This document shows positions 26,101 through 37,404 of a stretch of 64,000 nucleotides of DNA, in pieces; position 1 is the stretch's first letter; each line of letters begins with the position of its first letter. The notes under the pieces were generated by a model. It had not been told where the DNA came from. It did no database searches and saw nothing but the letters and a program-made list of their open reading frames with translations. Source of the stretch: Bilabrum cf. latius (Eukaryota); the NCBI GenBank assembly GCA_965178125.1, contig OZ237736.1, positions 1,240,001-1,304,000 on the forward strand. Direction: 5' to 3'. Made by a program: the position numbers and the translations under genes.

Positions 26101-29100
26101 GTTCTGCGGCGTCGACCCGACTTCCCAGCTGGCTTTCCAGCTGGTCTCTTGGGCGAGTCGTCTCGTGCGCCAATGCCAGGAGGGGCAGCCGTCGCCGAAG
26201 CTGCCTTTTCGTTGGGCAGCTCCTTGCGGGTAGGTGCAGGCGGCATTGGCTCGTCTGAATCGCTCTTCAACAGCGACTTGCCCCCTATCTAGTTGCTACT
26301 GGTGGGACTAGGGGATGCCACGCCTCCTGGTGCACCGGACTGCGCAGGGTTGGGAAGCCTCCTCGCCGGTGGTGTCTTGGGGCTCGGTGGTGGTGCACCC
26401 GGCCGCGGCTCTGGCGGCTCATGCGTAGTGTCAATTGCTGCTGGTCGTGGCTTTATTGACTTTGCCTGCTCCATGTCTATGTCCACTGCAGCCTATTTCT
26501 TGGCATGTGGCAACACTGGCTCCACAAAGGGCGCGCCGCCATCGCCCGAGCTTCCCGGCCGCCGGATCGTCTCGCCCTCGGATTCCCCGACACGACGATG
26601 GATCGCCGTAGGACGGCCATCCTCACCAACGAACGGAACACGCATGTCATCGGGCCCTGCACGCCGACCGCTCACTGGGCGCTGGTAGGCAGGCAGACTC
26701 TGGTCCACAAAGTCTGGACGGGCGCCTCGATGCATCTCGTTGGGGAAGTCCCTCCGCACCGCGTCCGAGTCCACGGGATGTCCACGGCCGTCCACGAATG
26801 GCACGTGCATGGGAGAATCCACAGCGGCGGTTGGCTCGTCGTGCTCTCTGCTTGCCTGCTGCCCGGGCATGGATTTGCTCGAGTGCCCACGAGGCAACAC
26901 TGGCTCCATAAAGGGCGCGCCGCCATTGCCCGAGCTCCCAGGCCGCCGGATCGTCTCGTCCTCGGATTCCCCGACACGACGATGGATCGCCGTAGGACGG
27001 CCATCCTCACCAACGAACGGAACACGCATGTTATCGGGCCCTGCACGCCGACCGCTCACTGGGCGCTGGTAGGCAGGCAGACTCTGGTCTACAAAATCTG
27101 GACGGGCGCCTCGATGCATCTCGTTGGGGAAGTCCCTCCGCACCGCGTCCGAGTCCACGGGATGTCCACGGCCGTCCACGAATGGCACGTGCATGGGAGA
27201 ATCCACAGCGGCGGTTGGCTCGTCGTGCTCTCTGCTTGCCTGCTGCCCGGGCATGGATTTGCTCGAGTGCCCACGAGGCAGCACTGGCTCCACAAAGGGC
27301 GCGCCGCCATCGCCCGAGCTTCCCGGCCGCCGGATCGTCTCGCCCTCGGATTCCCCGACACGACGATGGATCGCCGTAGGACGGCCATCCTCACCAACGA
27401 ACGGAACACGCATGTCATCGGGCCCTGCACGCCGACCGCTCACTGGGCGCTGGTAGGCAGGCAGACTCTGGTCTACAAAATCTGGACGGGCGCCTCGATG
27501 CATCTTGTTGGGGAAGTCCCTCCGCACCGCGTCCGAGTCCACGGGATGTCCACGGCCGTCCACGAATGGCACGTGCATGGGAGAATCCACAGCGGCGGTT
27601 GGCTCGTCGTGCTCTCTGCTTGCCTGCTGCCCGGGCATGGATTTGCTCGAGTGCCCACGAGGCAACACTGGCTCCATAAAGGGCGCGCCGCCATTGCCCG
27701 AGCTCCCAGGCCGCCGGATCGTCTCGTCCTCGGATTCCCCGACACGACGATGGATCGCCGTAGGACGGCCATCCTCACCAACGAACGGAACACGCATGTT
27801 ATCGGGCCCTGCACGCCGACCGCTCACTGGGCGCTGGTAGGCAGGCAGACTCTGGTCTACAAAATCTGGACGGGCGCCTCGATGCATCTCGTTGGGGAAG
27901 TCCCTCCGCACCGCGTCCGAGTCCACGGGATGTCCACGGCCGTCCACGAATGGCACGTGCATGGGCGAGTCCGGGATACCTGGCGGCGAATCAATGTATG
28001 GCTGTTGCTGCAGTGACGGTGCCGCAACGGACTGCTGCATAACGGAGCTAGAGGCGGGCCTCATGAGACTCCTCGGCCTCGGGGGCTCAGCTGCCTGGTA
28101 CGACTGCGCCTCCTCTTCATGGCCTAGTGGGAAGTAGGCCGCTCTGTGGGCATCAGTAGCTAGACCTGAATGCGACGAGTAGCCATCATACGGTCCAACC
28201 GGTGGAGGGTGCTGCAAAACGGCACCGTGCGGCATCATGGCTCCGAACGGGTATCCACGGGGAACGCCGTGAAACTACGCGGGCAGCTAGCCATATGGCC
28301 ACCCAAATGCATGGTGGTGGGCACCTATGTGCGGGGGCGACATAGGATTGTGGCCCTACATGAAGGGGTGTGCAGATGCTCCAGCGTACTGTGGCATGCC
28401 ATGCAGCGGCCCGCCAAATGCGCCAGCTTGCGTCGCGTGCATGCTCATATCAGGCGAAGGCATTTGCTGGGCCAACGGCTGTGAGGCGGTCGTCAGCTCA
28501 TGCTGAGGGGTGCCTTCCGAGGGCACCAATTGGCCACCACCGTTTGCCTCACGCAACTGCCTGAGCTGCTCCTTCACGTCGGATATCATGTCTTGCAACT
28601 GTTTTTGCTCTGGCGATGCTGGATTCTTCTCCACTTCGTCCGCCGCAGGGCTCAGCGTCTCTGCTTGGCTGCTGCTATTGCCCGGCAGGCCGATGGGTCC
28701 ATCTCCTGCGAGCGCCGCAACGGCATTTGCTAGAGCTGGTGAGAGCACGGCTCCGTCGCTTCCAGCACCCGTTGCGCCGGCTGACGCGGGCGCGGCGTAG
28801 TGCTGCTTAACATCATTTCTATCTGCATTGGGCTCTTGCTTGGGCTCTTTCTCGGGCTCTTTCTTGGATATCCCGCTAGATCCAACCGTCCAGGCGGGCT
28901 CCTTCGATGCCACGCCCTGCTCCGACTTGGCGTCCAGGGTCTTCTGGTCATCGGCTGGCTCTTTGGACTCGGATGGCAGCTTTATTGCCGCATCCGCATT
29001 GCCAGATTCGACATCCTGAGGTGGGACAGACTTCGGTGGCGGAGGTGGCGTTGCCTCTACCGCAGTTGGCTAGATGCTTAGACCGTACATACCAGTCTGT

Positions 29101-32100
29101 ACTGCAAAACTCCGTTCCACCCTGGCCTTGGACTTGGGCGACAGCTCCAGCTTTGCTTTGCCGGCCCCCCTGGTCTCCACCGCATCAGCGATGTACCGGA
29201 TGGTCTCCTCGTCTAGCTCCAGGGCCCCGAGGTGGTCTTCGATCTCTCGCCTAGTTCTTGGCGAGACCGGGGGTCGTGGGATGGGCTTCACCGAGGCCTC
29301 CTTCCCTGCAACTGCATCCAGCACGGGAGGCAGCGGAACCCGGCGGGCTATCGCCAGGCCCTGTGCCGGCGGTGCGTCCACCGAGTTGTCGGACTTACCG
29401 TCTTGTGCGTCAGGCGATTCCTCTAGCACCGCATTGGGCACATTGGCACTGGCGGCCTGCCGCTTCTGCTGAAATTCACGCGCGATCTCAGCCGCCTTGT
29501 CAAGCGCAAGCGATTCTCTCGCACCAAACCGGCGCACCCCAACGGTCTTCGCGTCCTTGAAACTTGAGGTGCGAGCCAGCCCGGGCTTGTCCGCGGCACG
29601 TTCCTGTTGCTTAAACTCGGCACTTGCCGGAAGCTGTGCTTGCGTGTTTGCCTACTTTGGTGGCATAGCAGACCGGATGGTGCTGCGACGCCCCTCCCGC
29701 GCCCTGTATCTTGACTGCGCGCCCGATGAGAACAGCGCATGCCGGCTGGTGGGCGACACGAGCTTGCCCAGTTTCCCTCCGTTTGAAGCAGCCGGCATCT
29801 TGAGAACTCCCGCGGGAGGTACATACAGCGACTCGTAATCATCTTCCTGCTCGCCGTCGCCATTATCCCCGCTTGAAACCTGGTCGTCAAAATCCTGCAC
29901 GGTCCGGACAGCGCCTCGAGGCGACGCCAGTCTGCGCTCTCCATCCTAGGGTGCGTGCGCGCGTGCCTATGGCGCCGGTGTGAGCGGCAAGGCAGCCGCA
30001 GCACCAGGGAGGGACGAGCCTGGGCTACTAGTCGCGCTGCTGCTGGCACCCTGTGGAGAAACCTTCGCGCTGATGGCCGCGTATGGTATCTGTCTTCGCT
30101 TCCCTGCCTGTGGCGAGGCCCATGGGGGGCGTGGTGGCGGTGCGATCTGGATCACTACAGACTTGGGCGGCCCTGCCACAGTCGAGGCCGGGTCAGCTGC
30201 ACTCTATTCCGCCTGGCTCTACAAAGTTCCGGGCTTATGATCACCAACAGCCGAGCTATCTGCAACCGAAGCAGCTTGCCTGCCAGTGAACTACGCGGCG
30301 CCAGAAGCCGGCACATTGCTTGCGGCAGCAGATGAAATCTATTCGTCAGCAGCTGCAACTGCAGCCTATCCTCCCGAAGATGCGTCTCTAGCCACTTCCG
30401 GCTGAGTAGCAGGGGATAAGGACGATCTGATATCTCCGGCTGGTACTGGGGCAGGGCTTTCCGCGGGGCGGAGTTCTTGCTTGACGGAGGCAGCTGCCGC
30501 TGCTGCCGGAGCACCGCGAGGTGTAGGAGCATCTGCGGGCTGTGCTTTCGCGGCCGCGTCCTATTCAGGCGCGCTTGAGTTTTCAGGTTTTGCCATGCTG
30601 GCCGATTTCGAACTAGATTGATCGCTCTTGTCGTTCGTTGGCTTGCTGATAGGCTCACGTTTGTCTGTGTCGAGGCTCGCACGACCGCGAGATGCGGCTA
30701 CCGACGCCTGATCGCGGCCAGTTTCTGGCCGTGACTCGGTGGCTTCCTCGGCCAAGAGATCCGAGCCGTGCATCCGATGCGGTGCATCTCCACCCAGGCC
30801 AGTGAAGCCCTCAGTCTCACGGGCAGAGTCACGCGCCGGAAATGCAGCAGCAGACCGCTCAGAGGCTGCCGTGGACAGCCAACTGCCCCGGCGAGGTAGA
30901 CCCACGCTGCCTGCATCCGTCACCGCGGCGCCCTAATCAGCAGAATCCTTAGACACCTGGCCTGTTGCGGAATTAGCAGACCCGCTTGTTGGCATTCCAG
31001 GCGGTGGCTTGCTGTTCGTTGACAGCATTCCGGGCGGTGGTGCTGTCGAAGCCTAGCTGGACGCGACCGACTGAGCGCCGGCACCTGTCCCAGGCGCAGC
31101 ACTTGGAGACTGTGACCTTTGCTTGCGAAGCATGCGGCTGCGCGACTGTCTGCGAGATAGCCGGCGCTTACCTTTGGTGCTTGGGCTAGCGGCACCGGTC
31201 TAGGCGGGGCTAGCGACAGGCTTGTCAGCCATGGCTCCCGAAGCCGGTCGCAATCCAGGCGGGCCGCCAGCGGCGTTACCTGCCTCGGTACGCTGGGGAG
31301 CAGCAGTAGATTCAGTGGGTGCCCCTCCATCCGTCTCGGTGTCATCATCGAGGCCTGGCGGCATTGGGCTCATTCCGCGGGCCCTCGTGGGAGACGGCAG
31401 GAGACCGGGAGGCGCCTGCTCCTGCGGCTCATTGCCGCCCTTGCCGCCCTTGCTGCCCTTGCCGCCTTTTTTTGTCGATTGCTTACCATCCTATTCCTGA
31501 ATAAAGCCTGGCGGTAGCGGTAGCGTCATGGTTGGTGTCCGCTTGAACGGAGGCGGCACAAAACCATCCGATGGTGCCTTGGGTCCGGCCGCCGCGCCCT
31601 CATTCGACTTGCCGGGCGCATTCGGCGCTGATGATGCCGTACTGCCTTCCCCACTTGGCATCCCGGATGCATTGTTGGGTGATGCTGATACCTTTCTATC
31701 ACTGCCATCCTCGATAGACGTGCCGGGGACGTTTGCTAATAACGCTTTGCTAGCACCCGATTCTTGGGCAAGCTAAGGCTGTTTGCTCTTGGCCTTTTCA
31801 ACAGCCGGCAATTCTCCACCCTTATTGGAAACCTTCGTACCGCTGCTTGACTTCAGCACGTCATGCTCGCGCTGGCGGCGCAATCGCTCATACTCGTCCA
31901 GGGGGACAGCCCTATCCACCACGAGTGGCTCCGCCGTGGATGCATTGCTCTGCACGGACTTGGAGTCATCATCAGCATCGGCGTCTTTGGTGCTCCCACC
32001 AAACGATGGCATCGCTGGACTCGATGCACCCGCGCTCGGCTTCTTGCCCGTCTTCTTCAGCTTTGACTACGCGTCAGCCGGGCTCGGTTCGCCCGCGCTC

Positions 32101-35100
32101 GGCTTCTTGCCTGTCTTCTTCAGCTTTGACTACGCGTCAGTCAGCGGAGCCGATGCTCCCGCGCTCGGCTTCTTGCCCGTCTTCTTCAGCTTTGACTACG
32201 CGTCAGTCAGCGGAGCCGATGCTCCCGCGCTCGGCTTCTTGCCTGTCTTCTTCAGTTTTGACTACGCGTCAGCCGGGCTCGGTTCGCCCGCGCTCAGCTT
32301 CTTGCCTGTCTTCTTCAGCTTTGACTACGCGTCAGTCAGCGGAGCCGATGCTCCCGCGCTCGGCTTCTTGCCTGTCTTCTTCAGCTTTGACTACGCGTCA
32401 GTCAGCGGAGCCGATGCTCCCGCGCTCGGCTTCTTGCCTGTCTTCTTCAGCTTTGACTACGCGTCAGCCGGGCTCGGTTCGCCCGCGCTCAGCTTCTTGC
32501 CTGTCTTCTTCAGCTTTGACTACGCGTCAGTCAGCGGAGCCGATGCTCCCGCGCTCGGCTTCTTGCCTGTTTTCTTCAGCTTTGACTACGCGTCAGCCAA
32601 ACTCTATGCGCCTGTACTGTTGCCATCATCCTCCTAACCGGGCTTAGTGGAAACAGGGTCAGTGGACCCAGCAGTTGATGGACTCTTGGGCTTGTCGCTG
32701 TCAGTACTCCCTGCCGCGCTTGTACCGCTTCCTGCCAATGGCTTCAACGGCGGAGGGGCTCCACTGGCCTTCGGCGACGATGGGGTCGGCTTCTTGGGCG
32801 GAGGGGCTCCACTGGCCTTCGGCGACGATGGGCTCGGCTTCTTGGGCGGAGGGGCTCCACTGGCCTTCGGCGACGATGGGCTCGGCTTCTTGGGCGGAGG
32901 GGCTCCACTTCCACTGGCCTTCGGCGACGATGGGGTCGGCTTCTTGGGCGGAGGGGCTCCACTGGCCTTCGGCGACGATGGGGTCGGCTTCTTGGGCGGA
33001 GGGGCTCCACTGGCCTTCGGCGACGATGGGGTCGGCTTCTTGGGCGGAGGGGCTCCACTGGCCTTCGGCGACGATGGGCTCGGCTTCTTGGGCGGAGGGG
33101 CTCCACTGGCCTTCGGCGACGATGGGGTCGGCTTCTTGGGCGGAGGGGCTCCACTGGCCTTCGGCGACGATGGGGTCGGCTTCTTGGGCGGAGGGGCTCC
33201 ACTGGCCTTCGGCGACGATGGGGTCGGCTTCTTGGGCGGAGGGGCTCCACTGGCCTTCGGCGACGATGGGGTCGGCTTCTTGGGCGGAGGGGCTCCACTG
33301 GCCTTCGGCGACGATGGGGTCGGCTTCTTGGGCGGAGGGGCTCCACTGGCCTTCGGCGACGATGGGCTCGGCTTCTTGGGCGGAGGGGCTCCACTGGCCT
33401 TCGGCGACGATGGGGTCGGCTTCTTGGGCGGAGGGGCTCCACTGGCCTTCGGCGACGATGGGCTCGGCTTCTTGGGCGGAGGGGCTCCACTGGCCTTCGG
33501 CGACGATGGGGTCGGCTTCTTGGGCGGAGGGGCTCCACTGGCCTTCGGCGACGATGGGGTCGGCTTCTTGGGCGGAGGGGCTCCACTGGCCTTCGGCGAC
33601 GATGGGGTCGGCTTCTTGGGCGGAGGGGCTCCACTTCCACTGGCCTTCGGCGACGATGGGGTCGGCTTCTTGGGCGGAGGGGCTCCACTGGCCTTCGGCG
33701 ACGATGGGGTCGGCTTCTTGGGCGGAGGGGCTCCACTGGCCTTCGGCGACGATGGGGTCGGCTTCTTGGGCGGAGGGGCTCCACTGGCCTTCGGCGACGA
33801 TGGGCTCGGCTTCTTGGGCGGAGGGGCTCCACTGGCCTTCGGCGACGATGGGGTCGGCTTCTTGGGCGGAGGGGCTCCACTGGCGTTCGGCGACGATGGG
33901 CTCGGCTTCTTGGGCGGAGGGGCTCCACTGGCCTTCGGCGACGATGGGCTCGGCTTCTTGGGCGGAGGGGCTCCACTGGCCTTCGGCGACGATGGGCTCG
34001 GCTTCTTGGGCGGAGGGGCTCCACTGGCCTTCGGCGACGATGGGCTCGGCTTCTTGGGCGGAGGGGCTCCACTGGCCTTCGGCGACGATGGGCTCGGCTT
34101 CTTGGGCGGAGGGGCTCCACTGGCCTTCGGCGACGATGGGCTCGGCTTCTTGGGCGGAGGGGCTCCACTGGCCTTCGGCGACGATGGGCTCGGCTTCTTG
34201 GGCGGAGGGGCTCCACTGGCCTTCGGCGACGATGGGCTCGGCTTCTTGGGCGGAGGGGCTCCACTGGCCTTCGGCGACGATGGGGTCGGCTTCTTGGGCG
34301 GAGGGGCTCCACTGGCCTTCGGCGACGATGGGGTCGGCTTCTTGGGCGGAGGGGCTCCACTGGCCTTCGGCGACGATGGGGTCGGCTTCTTGGGCGGAGG
34401 GGCTCCACTGGCCTTCGGCGACGATGGGGTCGGCTTCTTGGGCGGAGGGGCTCCACTGGCCTTCGGCGACGATGGGGTCGGCTTCTTGGGCGGAGGGGCT
34501 CCACTGGCCTTCGGCGACGATGGGCTCGGCTTCTTGGGCGGAGGGGCTCCACTGGCCTTCGGCGACGATGGGCTCGGCTTCTTGGGCGGAGGGGCTCCAC
34601 TGGCCTTCGGCGACGATGGGGTCGGCTTCTTGGGCGGAGGGGCTCCACTGGCCTTCGGCGACGATGGGGTCGGCTTCTTGGTCGGAGGGGCTCCACTGGC
34701 CTTCGGCGACGATGGGGTCGGCTTCTTGGGCGGAGGGGCTCCACTGGCCTTCGGCGACGATGGGGTCGGCTTCTTGGGCGGAGGGGCCTTGCTGTCGCTT
34801 GGCTTCTTGGGTGGCGGGGTCTTGCTGTCGCTTGGCGCCTTGGGTGGTGGGGCCTTGCTGCCGCCTGGCGCCTTGGGTGGTGGGGCCTTGCTACCGCTTG
34901 GCGCCTTGGGTGGTGGGGCCTTGCTGCCGCTTGGTGCCTTGGGTGGTGGGGCCTTGCTGCCGCCTGGCGCCTTGGGTGGTGGGGCCTTGCTGCCGCCTGG
35001 CGCCTTGGGTGGTGGGGCCTTGCTGCCGCCTGGCGCCTTGGGTGGTGGGGCCTTGCTACCGCTTGGCGCCTTGGGTGGCGGGGCCTTGCTGCCGCTTGGC

Positions 35101-36301
35101 GCCTTGGGTGGTGGGGCCTTGCTGCCGCCTGGCGCCTTGGGTGGCGGGGCCTTGCTGCCGCCTGGCGCCTTGGGTGGTGGGGCCTTGCTGCCGCCTGGCG
35201 CCTTGGGTGGCGGGGCCTTGCTGCCGCCTGGCGCCTTGGGTGGTGGGGCCTTGCTGCCGCCTGGCGCCTTGGGTGGTGGGGCCTTGCTGCCGCCTGGCGC
35301 CTTGGGTGGTGGGGCCTTGCTGCCGCCTGGCGCCTTGGGTGGTGGGGCCTTGCTGCCGCCTGGCGCCTTGGGTGGCGGGGCCTTGCTGCCGCCTGGCGCC
35401 TTGGGTGGTGGGGCCTTGCTGCCGCCTGGCGCCTTGGGTGGTGGGGCCTTGCTGCCGCCTGGCGCCTTGGGTGGTGGGGCCTTGCTGCCGCCTGGCGCCT
35501 TGGGTGGTGGGGCCTTGCTGCCGCTTGGTGCCTTGGGTGGTGGGGCCTTGCTGCCGCCTGGCGCCTTGGGTGGTGGGGCCTTGCTGCCGCCTGGCGCCTT
35601 CGGTGCTGGTGAAGGGGCCTTGCTGCCGCCTGGCGCCTTGGGTGCTGGTGGTGCTGCCGCGGGACTGGGCTTGATCTTGCCCTTACCAAGCATGGCTTTA
35701 GGTGGGCGAGGGCTTGCCGTGCGGCCTCCTCTTCCACGCCCCCTTCCTCGCCCCCTACCACGACCACTGCTCTTGCCTGCAGCTGGAGATGCAGAGCCAT
35801 ATCCTTTCAGATGTGAGCCAAGCATCTTCTCTTTTCGAGACTCGTGCTTCTTGGCCTTTTCCTGCGCACCAAATACGCACACACGAGCAATATCAATGGG
35901 TAATAATCAGCAATTTAAAGAATTTGGTAAGAAGGCTGGAAGAACGACGACATACCTTTTTGGCGAAGTACTCGTCCTGCTCTTCGGGTGACATGGCCGC
36001 CAGCATTCGTTTCTCTTCTCGTCTTGCTGCGGCCTCTTCTTCCTCCTTCTTCTTCGCCATAGCTTTGAAGTACTCGTCCCGTCTTGACTCATCGTCGGCT
36101 GCAAGGCAGAAAGGGGTGTTGGATCAATCGCATGCGCGCTGTGAGTTGTGAAACCTGGCGTGAATGTCTCATTCTGGTCCTGCATATTCGTAGCTGCCAC
36201 GACAGACTTCAACATATTGTGCACACTCATCCTGACTCTCAGTCATTGCTATCCAGGCTGCCAATCATGACAAAATTCGGTCGGGTCTCACGTGCAGACA
36301 T
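23184..36301 (-). CDS. Giant (~4,280 aa) low-complexity protein with polyproline/Lys repeats, WH2-like LKKT repeats and other tandem repeats
   Basis: Exon 35861-23184 (12,678 nt) is interrupted in frame only by TAG and ends TAG-TGA; it links a series of same-frame ORF-track fragments. Intron 35862-35955 (GTATGT...GCAG). A short first exon MSA at 36301 is tentative. Confidence 0.72.
24908..25027. repeat. (CTTGAG)n hexanucleotide microsatellite encoding (QA)n on the minus strand
   Basis: ~16 perfect CTTGAG copies followed by CTTGAC variants. Confidence 0.95.
25583..26025. repeat. 39-bp coding minisatellite (KPDEEKKQEAGV/AG)
   Basis: ~11 near-identical copies. Confidence 0.95.
26508..27965. 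repeat. 384-bp (128-aa) coding tandem repeat, ~3.8 copies
   Basis: Identical peptide blocks recur at 384-bp spacing (e.g. ORFs at 26740, 27124, 27505/27508 and 27892). Confidence 0.95.
32030..32600. repeat. 63/66-bp coding repeat, 9 copies, DA[TAG]SKLKKTGKKPSAG...
   Basis: Nine copies of cttcttcagc/tttgactacgcgtc; each contains an in-frame TAG on the coding (-) strand. Confidence 0.93.
32748..34787. repeat. 48-bp coding minisatellite (GAPPPKKPT/SPSSPKAS), ~42 copies
   Basis: Unit ggcggaggggctccactggccttcggcgacgatgggg/ctcggcttcttg repeated almost perfectly. Confidence 0.97.
34788..35645. repeat. 33-bp coding minisatellite (PPPKAPGGSKA), ~25 copies
   Basis: Unit gccttgctgccgcctggcgccttgggtggtggg. 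Confidence 0.96.
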
Positions 36302-36529
36302 GGTGGCGGCACTTTCTGTCCTTTCCGAAGCGGCACGACGGTGGAATTCTATCGGAGATCAGGGCAATAATTGTGTCGACTTAGTGAACGCCTTTCCAGC
36401 GATTGCTCGCCGAGCAACGCGTTGGACTGCTGGTGCTCGACACTCGCGTCGACCGGCTGGCTGAACGGAACCTACTCGAAAACCGGAAGTACCGTGGTCG
36501 CACTGGAGGTCGCGCACTGTGTGGTCGCG

Positions 36530-37319
36530 AAGCCTCTTTCAACAAGTCAGAGCTTTGAAGCGGTCACCAGTAATCGAATCAATCAGCTCTCAAACTCTCC
36601 CACGTCACCGGCGTACCGTACCCGTCACTGTACTCCACGCCGTACCCTGCCTCCCGCTCCGCCCTTGCAAAATCGTCGTCGCCGCCGAAGCCAGGCCTCT
36701 CGTCACCCGCCCGAGACGACGACGAGCCCGCCACAGCCGCCTTCTTCCTGCCGTCAAACGACTCCCCCGACTCTGCGCCCAACCCCCTCGGCATACGAGC
36801 GTCCGCTCTATAGGCACCCTCACCCGAACTGCGCCCAAGCCCAGCTCCACTGCCTCCGCCGGATTCGCGCCTGCTGGAGTCCCCCGCCCTCAAGGCACTA
36901 GGCCCAGGGGCTGAACCCAACCGCGCACCAGCCCCCGCCTCGCTCCCTGCGGCCGCCCCACCCGCCGCAGCCCCGGGCCCAGCCGCCGCGGCCGCCGCCT
37001 CGAGTCCGTCCGCTCGCCCGCCGCCCGCCGCCCACTCCACGTAGTCCGGCGTCTCCGCCGCGCGGTACTCATCGGTCAGCGCCTGCACGATCTCCCTCGC
37101 GTCGTCAAACTCCTCGTAGCCATCGGCAAAGATGGGCTGCCGCCTGTAGTTGTCGAGGTACGCCTTCCTCGTGTAGAGGCTGTCGAACTGTTTGAGGGAG
37201 CGGCGGAACAGGTGCGCCACAGAGGTGTGGTTGGCAACCATGAGCCCGCTGACCTTGTGCGCGGACGGGAGGTAGGGCGACTTCCTGGAGAGTGCCACCT
37301 GTATGGAGGCAGGCCCTCA
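36530..37319 (-). pseudogene. Inverted partial duplicate of the gamma-tubulin 3' end and 3' UTR
   Basis: Reverse complement of ~41410-42247. It begins mid-domain at ...[13 protein letters not shown], has no 5' exons, and has a ~50-bp deletion near the end that shifts the frame. Confidence 0.9.
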
Positions 37320-37404
37320 TTTCATCACTGAGGGCCCCTTGGTGTGCATTCGGAATCGAAATTTGATTTGAACAGCAACTCTCCGGCGGCACGGGTTTGT
37401 CAGC

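Noticed and set aside
32030-35645. CRISPR-like or telomeric arrays
   Set aside because: Units are contiguous without unique spacers, have lengths divisible by three, lie in a coding frame, and the context is eukaryotic with no cas genes.
32647-35991. Long + strand ORFs (1114 aa, 999 aa) and the alternative - frame (1018 aa) over the minisatellites
   Set aside because: Stop-free shadows of GC-rich tandem repeats. Only the Pro/Lys frame connects to spliced exons and the rest of the gene.
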